Part shown: positions 1 to 10,605 of the stretch, piece after piece
How the letters are laid out: each line of letters starts with the position of its first letter
Numbering within the stretch: position 1 is the first letter of the stretch
Assembly (NCBI RefSeq): GCF_001447785.1
Contig: NW_015165302.1
Span: 186,001-240,065 of the forward strand
DNA from: Gekko japonicus
Taxonomy: Eukaryota
Direction of reading: 5' to 3'
DNA length: 54,065 bases
Notes under the pieces: model-generated
Told to the model about the DNA's origin: nothing
Databases searched by the model: none
Seen by the model: the letters and a program-made list of their open reading frames with translations, nothing else
Program-made: the position numbers and the translations under genes

Positions 1-2326
1 ATCCATTCCCCCCCCCCCCCCTGGGGGGGAAAAGCAACTACAAGCTTCGGTTCCCTTCAATCGATTCTTTCCTCCCTAGATTGGACTTCTGGGGAGACTG
101 CCCATGTGGAAGGTCTGGAATGGGAACGACCCCCTCACACCCACCCAACACTACAAATCCATCCAGTTCAACCAGCCATTTGATTCTAGGAATGCGCCAG
201 CCTCCTTTGACCCAAGCGCCCTGGATCCACCAGATCTTATCTCTAAAAGAGTGCTATTCCCCCCCCTCGGCTCCCCCCTCCCATTGACCAAATGAAAACG
301 GTTTATGGCGGCTCCTCTTCTCCCCCCCCCCCCTCCTGTTTTTAACTCCCGACGCAGGAGCGCCATTGAGTGCCGCAATGCAGTAGAGCTGTAAATACCT
401 TTAACAGCTGCCTGCCAAGCAAGGAGTGAAATACGGTCTTTGTTCGGATTCTCCCACCCTCCCCAGTTTCAGGACCTCATAAAGCAAGCCGAGAGAAGTA
501 CATTTCACGGAGATGGGGGTGGGGGGGTGGGGGAGGAAAAGCCTACGATTAAGCTATAAACAGGCTTGGGGTTTTAAGTGCTCGGGTTGAGATGAAAATT
601 GCATATCCTTAGAAAGTGAATCCACTGTCTGTTATCATACACGACACATAGGATCTGCGGGTCTCTTCCAGCAGTGAAATCAACCTCTGTTTTTTGCGTG
701 CAAACCGCTCGTGCGATTATGAACCGGTTTACTGGAGTATGGATGAGGAGGGAGGCCGAGTTTCCATGCTGACTTTAGGGATCCTCTTTTTCCTTTGAGA
801 ACCAGATCAGGTAGCCAGCGACCCTAAACGCAAGCCCCCCTTTCCCAACGCAATTGACTTCAACGGAAGTTGAAAGCGAGCTGCCATTACATTTCTTTAT
901 TTATCGTTGTTGTTCCAAATAAACATTCCTAGAACGATTCGGCTGCAATTGTGCTTAGGATGGCCGTCTTAAGATATGGTGTCAGAGGTCTACTGGACCT
1001 TCTCCCGACCAGAATTTAATTCTGGACGTCAGTTTCTTTTCAGCCTGTCCCCAGCTCTCTTAAGCCGAAATCACCAGGGGTACGTTCTGTTTCAGCCCTC
1101 CTGAAATGTTTAATGAACTCCCAAAGTTTGTTCGTTTTGCTGGTTTTTACTTCATTGAGTTACAGACGGGGCAACTGGATAAATCCCAGGCTAAAAACCG
1201 GCGTGGAAACCCGAGGCACAAATGCACCGCCGATCATTGGTAGTTATGTTTGCAACAGAGCTCTAACCAGGGGTCAGGGGAGCGGAGGAGATGCGATACA
1301 GCAGAGGAAAGGGGGCGGGCGGGTTTGTTTAGGCACCTGCGAATGTTTTGAGGCGAAATAGTTTGTGGTTTTCGACTAGGACCTGCAGCTATTCAAGTCT
1401 AGTCCTAGGATCACCTTGAGGAGTATCCCTCGGCTCATAACTATTCTCCATGATGGCGGCTAATAATTCCGAAGCACCGCATCCTTAAGAGGTGATTGAA
1501 CACTTGGTAAAACCCGCCTCCAAAAGACTTTCAGCAACTCTTCAAGGAGAACAAAAACGGACACCTCTTGCTTTTTTAAGCATTTATTGTGAATAACACC
1601 AACATCTCGAAAACCGACTCTCTCCATTAAGTTACCTGAGTGTCATTTCACAAACCTGGCTGCCTACGGGCGAAAGATACCACTTTTCGATATGACTTCT
1701 ATCACCATTATGGAAATCTGTTTGCAGGAACCTCTGAAGAGAACCTACACCCGCCCATCCCTAGAGGCACTGAGAGCCATTTTTCTTCAACAACATTTTT
1801 CTTTCTTTTACAGCACGGTACTTTGTTCAGCCTGTACTTCCCTGAATGGAACTGAAACCCATCGCCGCCTTAAAGACCAACAACATCAATTCTGAATGAA
1901 CCAAAATTCTAGGCGGTCCCACTTTAAAATACAAGAAGCCAGTCCTGCGGAACATCCCAAGCAAGCTCGATGTAAAAAAATCGCCATGCACTTTTACAAG
2001 AGGAATAAATTCCATTCAGAAGTATTGACTTACTGCCAAGTAAACAGAGCCAAGACGGAACTGATAGCGAGTACATGTCTTCCCCTGCCCCCCCACACAC
2101 ACCAGGCTGTTACTGTTAGAATAAAAACAATCCATTCATTTCCCCACCATCACCACTTCCCACCACTGGAGATCAGATAGACAGCCAGAGCAGTTAGAGA
2201 GTATCTCATCCATTATATTTATTCCAAATATTCTGAGAAATAACGACATTTGTCACCAAGTTCCCTTCCCTCCCCCCCGTGCTGAAAGGGTACACAACGC
2301 ATTTATTCCAGAGGCGCTGGTGATAC

Positions 2327-2531
2327 CAATGCTCCCTCTAAGCTGTGGAGTCTTGTGAGCAAAAATTCTACTTTGTGAGCTACTGGCATTGAAGTTGTGA
2401 GCCAGAGAGTTGCCTCCTGCATAAATTAGTTTGCTCTGGAGCCCTCTTTCCTGAGCTCAGACAAAAAGGTGTGAGCTGGAGGCTAAAAAACTGAGCTAGC
2501 TCACACTAACTCAGCTTAGAGGGAACCACTG
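2327..2531 (+). mobile_element. Non-autonomous hAT-like MITE, copy 1 (~205 bp)
   Basis: Imperfect TIRs caatgctccctctaagctg ... cagcttagagggaaccactg; repeated internal TGTGAGC motifs; similar to the copies at 7516 and 8065; partial TSD (gatac on both sides). Confidence 0.85.
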
Positions 2532-3547
2532 GATACCATCCGCGCCAAGCGGTTGGCAGCCATATTGGTGGTGTTTCTGGTGGCACACGGGCATGTGTTG
2601 GTCTCTCTTCCCCATGGCTAGCGTCAATATCACAACAAGGAATTCTATCCCGAATAGTTTGCCACCTGCTCCGAGGCCTTGCACCGGCCCGGAAGGGGCA
2701 ACAAACAAACCACCCCGGGCGTCTGCCATATCCGAGAAAGCTGCGTCCACGAATCCTCCCCAAACATTCCAGCTCTGCATTCGCAGTGTTTCGATTCCTC
2801 TCCCCGCCTTCTCCTTTTCTCAATGCGAAATTTCGGCCCTCTGCCTCGCCGCTAACACGCGTGGCTGTGCAGACGGTCCTGGCGCGCGGTGTGAACGGGG
2901 AGGGGGAGGGCAGGAATGGATAGTTCGAGGATTCTTCCTGCGTGTCCGCAAAGGGAAAGGAGTTTTGGCAGCGACCCGCAGGGCGCCGAGGAAGCCAGGC
3001 TTGGCGCAGGATTCCGCTTTGTCTGCTTAGGACCCTGATGGGATGGGGGGGGGGACCGGTGGCACCTGTTGGCAACTGCGGGCATGCGGGTGAAATCCTG
3101 GCACTGGGGGTAAAAATTCAAGACTGGAGAGGGAGACGCCCGGCCACGGGTGAGAACGAATGGGAGATCTCGCTTTTGGGAGATGTATCAGGGGTTGGTT
3201 TTTGTTGGGTTGTTGTTGTTGTTTTGAAGGGGGTCAAGACTCTTGGGTGGCTTCTAAACCTCCTCCCCCCCCCCCCAGCCGCCGCCCGTGTTTCTGTAAC
3301 GCTGGAAGCCACTCTCCTTTGTAACAGCAGGGCTGGAGCGGCGAACGCCCCCTCCGCAGCCAGACAGGTGGCCAAGCAAGCATTTCACTGCCTCCCCCCC
3401 CCCTTCTAGTCTTCCTCACTTTCTTTTATGACTTCTGGAGTCATTGTCCCGCGCCTTAAGGGGGGGGGGGAAGGAGAAAGAGAGGAAGCCCTGGAGCGAT
3501 GCAGGCAGGCGAGTCCGAAAGAAACCTGAAAGAAAGACCAGCCTTAC

Positions 3548-4060
3548 CCGTCCATTGCCGGGGCGCGAGGGCGCGGAGCCGAGACGCGTCTTGGTAATCC
3601 ATGGCGAAAAGCAATCCGAGTCCTCCTTCTCCAGACCGGAGAAGCCAGAGGCGGCAGGACAGGCAGGCAGGCAGGCAGGTAGGGGCTGGGAAGAAAAAGG
3701 CAGCCGGCTACCAGGGGGAGGGGGGGAAACAAATCCAGCTGCCTCGCTGGCCGGCGAGTGTGTTTGTTTTGAAGCGCCCTGGGCTGGACCGGATCGGCAC
3801 CCCAACACCCCAGCCCGGGCTCATACACCTCATCGGAGACAAAGGTTAGCAAAAGAGGGGCTGGGAGGCTCTGGGAAAGGCAGAAGGCAGGGGGAAATTC
3901 GCCAGGGGAATCGGGGGAGGGGGGGCGGTGGAATAAAGGCCATGAGAACCTACCGCGCTCGCACATGACCAAGCGCAGCCAATGACGTGCCCGAATAGGT
4001 CATAAAAGGTCTATTACCGAGTTGTAAATTGTCTTCAAACAAAAAGGAATTTACTGCAAT
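3548..4060 (-). promoter_or_regulatory. Orphan Hox-type promoter with a putative non-coding first exon (candidate distal promoter for long Hoxd4/Hoxd3 transcripts and/or an antisense lncRNA)
   Basis: CACATGAC-n7-AGCCAATGA at 3962-3985 matches the Hoxd10 promoter module in the same orientation; GTCATAAAA Hox/Cdx site at 3999-4007; CpG-rich; donor CGG|GTAAGG at 3548/3547; no homeobox nearby. Confidence 0.5.
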
Positions 4061-6920
4061 TCCTGGCGGATCTCGTGCTCTCGCCCCTTTCGGTTTCCTC
4101 TGAACTAAAGACACCAGATCTGTTGAGGCTGATCCGGCTACGCAGTCAAAAACTCCAGGGAAAGGGTTTGTGTGTGTGTGTCATTAGCAGGGGCCAGACT
4201 TCAGGAGAGAGATTCCTGTACGGTTTTTACATCCCCCCGCTAAACATAACCCTAAGATCGATTCCCTTATCCCCCCCCCAAAAAAATAAAAACCCCCACA
4301 AAGCTTCCGAAGTGTAGACCGCTGTTTGGCGCAGTGCGACGGGGCGAGGAACGGTCTCCCCTCCTTCATGTCCTGGAATTGCCTTTAGCTAAAGTGAGGC
4401 TCTCTGCTTGGCCTCTTTGCCCGGTTTTTGCAGATTTAGGGGAGGAGGAAGCGATTAGGCTTGGGGGGGGGGGGCGGGGGAATAAACCAGGCGCTGGGGC
4501 GCTGGGGCCGAACCTCAAATCGCGGTGGATTTGTATCCAACACCCCCCCCTTTCCCCCTTTCCCAGTGTTAACAAATGAATCCTGATGCCCGCAGCCCTG
4601 AAGGGGTTTCTCCTAACTCTTCTGTTCTTCTGTTTCTCAGTGTCTCCCGGGCTTGCCTTTGGAGGGTCCCAAAAGAATTCGCCCCCCTCTCGATTTCTGG
4701 AGCGTCTTGGGTGTTGCAGGACGAGGGAGCTGTTCCAGCCCACTGAGCAACAGGGCCCTGCCACCACCCCCTGAAGCACTGACCCTGCTTGGCTGCAGAT
4801 CCATTGCTGGGGGGGGGGGAGGGGAACTGCTCCGGTCTCCTCACTCCTGCTAAACTTTCAACGTGTCTCTTTCGAGGAAGAACCGACGTCTCCGTAGAGA
4901 GACCCGCAGCCACGGTCGCATTCCCGTGTTTTGTGTTTCCTCCCCAACCTGCGAGATTGGAACGCCCGGCTCTGTTAACTGAGGAGCAAGTCCCGTTGGA
5001 GAGCAAAACCTTGGGACGCTGGTCGACATTTTGCTGGTCTGAGGCCGGCAGACGAAGTATTCTAAATGGAGAGTGGCATTATTTGGAAGGGCGATGGGGA
5101 TTTTCATTACCTCTCCCCCATCCCCATAGTGACACAGTTTGGGCCTCTGTCTGTACAGCCACCAATTCCAGAGGCCCCAAATCCCGTTGTCAATCAAAGG
5201 TCTCCTTTACAACCGAGCGATTTCTCCCAAGAATATTTCTAGTTCATATTATGGGATTCTCCTTTCTACTTAGGAACAAGGCTTCTGGCGATTTTAGAGG
5301 CTTCCACCTAAGGGGGACACGGGTCGGTTTCAATTGTCTGAAAAGGCCGCGTTGGAGGCATTCTAGAAAGGAGACCAGACCAGTTTCCAAAATTGAGGCT
5401 TTTAAGGGAATCGAGGCGTTCTCCGGCGGTGGCGCATTCGATTCATTGCGGTTTACTTAGATGCTACGATCTGTAGATGAATGTGTTGATTTCTCTCATT
5501 GTAAAGTACATGGATAAATGGTTTCCAGAGAATATATTTTTAAAAGTGGTCCACTTTTACTACACCTCCCCCCCCCCAATAAAAATCCGTGTTCACAGGA
5601 CTGGATATTAGATAATTCCCGATCATGTCTTTGTTCCGGTTACAATAGCTAGTCTGTTTGGAGCGCTTCAAAATGGCCTCGACCTGCGGGGCAGAAAGAC
5701 CCTCGGTGGCCTTAAGTCACCCCTGTTCTTCCAAATTTCGATATAACGATCGAAATATTTTGAATATATATATCTGGTTTTATAAATCTTTTAAAAATCT
5801 TGATATTACCAAATGACAACGACAGCTGAGCCTTCTGCATTGGTTGGTGGAGGATCCCTGGTCTTAGATCCTCCACGAATTGACCGCGGGGCGGTTTTTT
5901 GCCGCATTTATGCAAATTCCTGCGCCAAATTGTTTGCGTCTCCAGTTCTGCCGCAGTTCCGCTGCGCCTTGGTGTCCCCCGCCCTGGCGCTCCTAGCGGC
6001 ACTGCGATCCAAGGAAGGCGCTTCAGTTTGGTTTTTTTTTTGGGGGGGGGATGCAGCGGAATTATGAAAGAGCCTCGGAAATTAGACTGCTGCTGGTTCC
6101 CCCCAAAAAAAGGATTGTGTCTTTCAGCCCTAACAGAATGAGTGCATCACAGAAGAGACGACCTAGCTTTTCATTGAAAATGTAGGCCCCAGATTTTTAG
6201 TTCTTTCTCACAGGCATAACAATAATAATAAAATGTTAACCTGGTCTATTTCTAGATAAGGGCTAAGTTCTGTTTCTACTCCTGCAGTAAGGGGTTCTTG
6301 TCCTTCTCTTTCCATCTTCCCCTGCATGGTATCCTTACCCATACAGGAAGGGGAGCAAGAGGGAGGGGGACTGCTGGGCGCTGGGGGGGTGGGGGAGTAA
6401 ATATGGCAGAAACAGCATTGCCCCAACACTACTGGGGGGGGGGGTTGACAGTAGTCCCAGCCGTAGTCCCAGTCGGTCCTCCTTGCTAGGCCCTTTTAAT
6501 TGACCCCCCCCCCACTGAAATCAATAAAAAGGGCTCAGGTTTTGGCCCCCTTACGGAGAGTTTTACTAATACACTGGTAGGGGGGGCTGTGCCTACACAG
6601 GAGCGCTCTTCCTTGTTTTGAGAAGTCACTTCCTGGTCGTGTATGAAAAAAAAAAAAGAGTGTGCCAAAAGGCTCCTTCGCTCTTCCTCCTGGACCCTCC
6701 CCAGGCCTCCCTGGGCAGGAGCCAGCGAAAGTCTCCTTTGCCTGCGGTGTAATAGGAGGACCTCAGAGTGGTGGCTCTTTCAAAAAGAAGGCCGCCTTCT
6801 CGGTTGGTGCATGAAAACAGCAGCCGTTTTAAGGTCAAGATGGGCAGCCGTGTTAGTCTGTCCGTAGCGGTAGAAAAGAGGAAGGGTCCAGTAGCACCTT
6901 AAAGAGTAATAAAAATATTT

Positions 6921-7013
6921 CCAGGTAAGCGTATTTGAAAAAGTGTGCTTGGCACAGGAAAGCTCATACCTTGAATAAACCTTCGTTGGTCTTGAAGGTG
7001 CCACTGGACTCTC
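6921..7013 (+). mobile_element. Second PLE fragment nested in the left arm
   Basis: Flanked by the 9-bp direct repeat aaaatattt (6912-6920, 7014-7022); removing it restores the arm; carries a degenerate hammerhead motif; a related sequence occurs at 50941-51028. Confidence 0.7.
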
Positions 7014-7076
7014 AAAATATTTTGATAGGGTATCGGCGTTCCTGAGTCACTGCTCACTTCTTCAGATACAGATGAT

Positions 7077-7116
7077 GAATCTGAAGAAGTGAGCGGTGAC
7101 TCACGAAAGCTCATAT
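7077..7116 (+). ncRNA. Minimal type-I hammerhead ribozyme motif (PLE-associated)
   Basis: CTGAAGA (7081-7087), extra A, stem II GTGAG/CTCAC (7089-7104), GAAA (7105-7108), palindromic AGCT stem III, predicted cleavage after C7112; stem I weak (gaat/atat). Confidence 0.7.
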
Positions 7117-7515
7117 ACCCCACCAAGAATGTCTGGTTAGTCTTTTAAGGAGCTACTGGGCTGTTACTCTTTTCTACTGCTATCCGTTTTAAGGTCCGTC
7201 TCAGCCACACTCAAGTAGCCTCTTGAGCTAGAAGTTTATTGAATTATAAGACCGGTTTGAGAAGCCATCTTCTCAGTGTTGCCGGGAATGAAAAGAACCC
7301 TGGAGAAGGTAAAATGAAAGAGAGAGTTACCGGGTGGAGTGGGAGGGACAATTGTGTGGGGAAACTCGTCTGCTCAGTCCCCCTCACTGTAGGGCTCAGA
7401 GCCACTGAATCATCCTTCAGGATCCAGTCCCGAGAATACTTGCCTGGGAGAAAGCCCCGTTGAATAAAATGGGGTTTAACCAGGCCTAGGACTGCAAGCG
7501 AATTGCACTCAAGAC

Positions 7516-7721
7516 CAGTGTTCCCTCTAAGATGAGTTAGTGTGAGCAAGCTCACAGTTCTTTAGCCTCCGGCTCACACATTTTTGTCTTAGCTCAGGAA
7601 GGATGGCTCCAGAGCAAAGTAACTGATGCAGTAGCCAAATCGCTCGCTCACAACTTTAATGCCAGTAGGTCACAAAGTAGAATTTTTGCTCACAGGACTC
7701 TACAGCTTAGAGGGAACACTG
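7516..7721 (-). mobile_element. hAT-like MITE, copy 2
   Basis: TIRs cagtgttccctctaag / cttagagggaacactg; perfect 8-bp TSD ctcaagac (7508-7515, 7722-7729), the TSD length typical of the hAT superfamily. Confidence 0.92.
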
Positions 7722-7894
7722 CTCAAGACTGCCTGTAAAGCCATGGAAGAGAATCCGCTCATGTCTCTGTCTTTTGTAAGGAAAAAGATGCCTTCCCTTA
7801 TTTGCACAAGGTGGTCACAATCCAGCAGAGAATTAGACACCCTTGGTTAAAGTCCCTTGAAGTACATTTACCTCTCCCTTTCCTACAATGCTGT

Positions 7895-7991
7895 CCTTCA
7901 CCCATTAATTTCTTGCAATATTTGCAGAAGCAATAAAAAAACCCTTCACCCATTAATTTCTTGCAATATTTGAAGAAGCAATTAAAAAAAC
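7895..7991. repeat. 48-bp tandem duplication
   Basis: ccttcacccattaatttcttgcaatatttg(c/a)agaagcaat.. starts at 7895 and again at 7943. Confidence 0.9.
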
Positions 7992-8064
7992 AGCTCCGTT
8001 TCTGCTTTAAGCCTTTATTCATGATTCCAGGATTTGGAGCTGTAGTTAACCTATAAACTCCCAG

Positions 8065-8272
8065 CAGTTCTGTCCCTCTAAGCTGTGGAGTCTTGTGAGC
8101 AACAATTCTACTTTGTGAACTACTGGTGTTAAAGCTGTGAGCGAGCGATTTGGCTACTGCATAAACTAGTCTGCTCTGGAGCCATCATTCTTGAGCAAAG
8201 ACAGAAATCTGTGAGCCGGAGGCTAAAAAACTGTGAGCTAGCTCACACTCACTCGGCTTAGAGGGATCACTG
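8065..8272 (+). mobile_element. hAT-like MITE, copy 3
   Basis: Same internal sequence as copy 1; degenerate TIRs (cagttctgtccctctaagctg / cggcttagagggatcactg); no clear TSD. Confidence 0.85.
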
Positions 8273-8287
8273 GACTGGCAAAAACGC

Positions 8288-8395
8288 TCAGTCCTCCTCT
8301 CTGTATTATGGGGATAATGACATGGCCCACCTTGTAGGGATTTCTAGTGACGTATGTGAAGCATCTGACCACTCCGGAAATAAGTGCTGTGTTAC
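8288..8395 (+). mobile_element. Possible CORE-SINE (MIR-like) 3' fragment
   Basis: ctctgtattatgggataatgac...ccaccttgtaggg...tatgtgaagc...aagtgct resembles the MIR/CORE-SINE core and tail; degenerate. Confidence 0.4.
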
Positions 8396-9772
8396 TGTTA
8401 CTGCCAGGACGATTAAAATTGCTACCAGAGCTACTAAGAACTATATTTGTCGTTTGATTGTTATACACAGAGCTGTATTCATCTGAACAGCTACTTCTCC
8501 TTGTCCAGGCAAGCTCAGTTGCACCAGTCCATATACTGGAGATAACAATGGAGAGTACTGCTGCTGAACTGAACCGGTTTTTTTAAAATTAACAATAATA
8601 ATATTATCAGGTAGTGATATTCCAGTGCACTGCTGTTTGCTCTAACAGTCAGTATTAATTATCGTGACCGTTCGCTGTTAACTCAGCATTAGTATTAATT
8701 ATTATATCGAAGGGTTTTATAACGTGGCGTCAGCATTTCTGGGAAATCCTGGACGTTTAACGTGCGGTTTTGCATGAGAAATGCTTCCTAGGCAGACTTC
8801 CATTTTGTCTCTAATCCAAACCGCCTCTGCACACACGCTTCAAGTTATGGCTCATCTTCGCATACGGGATGGATGACGGATTGTGCCGCGGCCCTCCCCC
8901 GGCAAGGCCTTTGCCTAGCAGAGAGCAGCCCGACTCGAAGCGTGGCTTAGCAGAGGGCCCGAGAAACACACCGAGGAAACCGAGCCGACGCGACTCGTCT
9001 CCGGGCTCTAGTGCCGAGACAGACGACGACTGGTTCCAAGCGGCCTATCTCGGCTAACGGCGGGCAGATAATCTTGCAAAACGAGCCGAGAAGCCCCCCC
9101 CGTGGCTTCCTTGCGAGCCGGAAAAGTAAACCTCACTAGGTTCCCTGGAGCCTACTCACGAGTAGGCGAGCGCTTTTCTGAAAGCTTTCGGCAGAGCAGG
9201 CAGGCTCTTCCCATGTTTACTGTAAAATAAGGCCCGTGGAGCACAGTGGCGCTTACTCCCTTGTAAGCGCGTACAGGACAGCCGCCTGAATCACCACCGG
9301 CGGCATTCTCTGGATCTGAGCCCGCAATCCATTCAGCTAGGGCCACAGTGTTACGGCTTAGACACCCGGGCGCTGCCCACCGATCCCCAAGGCTTAACCC
9401 GTCTTCTCTAACAGGCTGACCTGGAGGAAACACCTATGGGGTACACTTGAAAAGACATCTGCAGGCTTTCCGACAACCGGACGGCCATTGCAGAGAACCC
9501 GGGGAGGGTCTGTTCTTGTTCCCAAGGCCTGGGGACCCCCAGTCTCCCATTGGGGCCAGTGGTCCTGATCCCCCTCCCCCGGCTGAACAATGAGGAAAGG
9601 CATTCAGCGCAACTGCAACCAACGCCGAGTGCCTGTTCCGGGGTCGTAGCGCTCAGATTCTCTGCTCTGAACGCCCAACGCAGATCTCGGCTGAACCCTC
9701 CCGTGTCTAAAAGACAGCGAAAGCAGAGAGAGAAGAGATCACAACTGTGTTTGCACAGGGATAACACCTCGT

Positions 9773-9778
9773 TTTATT
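9773..9778 (-). terminator. Candidate Hoxd8 polyadenylation signal (AATAAA)
   Basis: tttatt on the plus strand, ~530 nt past the Hoxd8 stop. Confidence 0.55.
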
Positions 9779-9814
9779 TCGATCAGCGGCTGATAATTAA
9801 AAGGTCTCATTATA

Positions 9815-9826
9815 AGGCAGTTTCCT
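9815..9826 (-). promoter_or_regulatory. Candidate miR-196 target site in the Hoxd8 3'UTR
   Basis: Transcript AGGAAACTGCCT pairs with miR-196b nt 2-13 with one G:U wobble, like the Hoxb8 site. Confidence 0.55.
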
Positions 9827-10306
9827 TTCCCCCCCTCAAAAAAATCACTTAAATCTCTTCATTAATTTACTTTACAAAGAAATAATCAGTAGGGAGAGGA
9901 TTCCACCCCCCAAAAAAAGATAAATACAGGTGCAAAACTCGGCTGATTGGATTCCTAAAATAGATCTGACAATTTGTCCTTAGAGCAGAAGAGAAAAGTC
10001 CCCCCCATAAGAAAACCACGTACAAAATTGCTGGGTTGTTTTTTTCCCCCCTTTTTCTTTTTAAAGTATCAAATTCCAGGCGAAGAAAAAGACTTGCAAC
10101 CCGTCAGCAGGGACTCCAGAGAGGTGGAAAGAAGAACAAATCAAACCCACTCTCACCTATAGCGCGCAGAAATGTCATTAAGGTAGCTTGAAAGACAAGG
10201 TCGGACCCTTGCGTCAAAGGTGCCTGAGAAGCGGGGAGGGTGGCCAGGAGACGCCCCCCCCCCGTGTGTGCCATGGTCCTTCGCTAAGGCTCAGAGGAGG
10301 AGCGCC

Positions 10307-10605
10307 TTAATCCGCCGGGCCATCCTCTCGGCCTTCGAGATCCTCCTGAGCTTCTTTCTTGGCCTCCCCGCCTTCCTTCTCCTCTGGCCGGGCCGCCGGG
10401 AATTTGTCCTTGTTGTTCTCTTTTTTCCACTTCATCCTCCGGTTCTGAAACCAGATTTTGACCTGCCGCTCGGTGAGTCCCAGAGCGTGAGAGACCTCGA
10501 TCCTTCTCTTCCTGGTCAGATAAGGGTTAAAAAGGAACTCCTTCTCCAGCTCGAGAGTCTGGAAGCGGCTGTATGTTTGTCTTCCTCTCCGCCTACCAGG
10601 AGCTG
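10307..10605 (-). CDS. HOXD8: Hoxd8 exon 2 (homeodomain)
   Basis: [70 protein letters not shown]...; tandem CAGCAG acceptor; TAA at 10307-10309. Confidence 0.97.

Larger units (their letters stand above)
6837..7183. mobile_element. Palindromic (head-to-head) Penelope-like element remnant
   Basis: Left arm (gtagaaaag...ccagtagcaccttaaaga...cacttcttcagatac) is the reverse complement of the right arm (atctgaagaagtgag...gttagtcttttaaggagctactgg...cttttctac); flanked by the 13-bp direct repeat ccgttttaaggtc (6824-6836, 7184-7196). Family assigned from recalled similarity to sauropsid PLE terminal repeats. Confidence 0.8.

Noticed and set aside
2506-5460. Many 100-220 aa ORFs
   Set aside because: Overlapping in several frames, low-complexity, no domain motifs; expected in GC-rich DNA.
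5986-5999. CTCF-like CCGCTAGGAGCGCC on the minus strand
   Set aside because: One base short of the core spacing; needs a PWM scan or ChIP before calling.
1-10000. mir-10b, Hoxd4 or a Hoxd5-7 coding remnant
   Set aside because: No miR-10 hairpin, homeobox or hexapeptide found on either strand; these lie outside the window or are lost.
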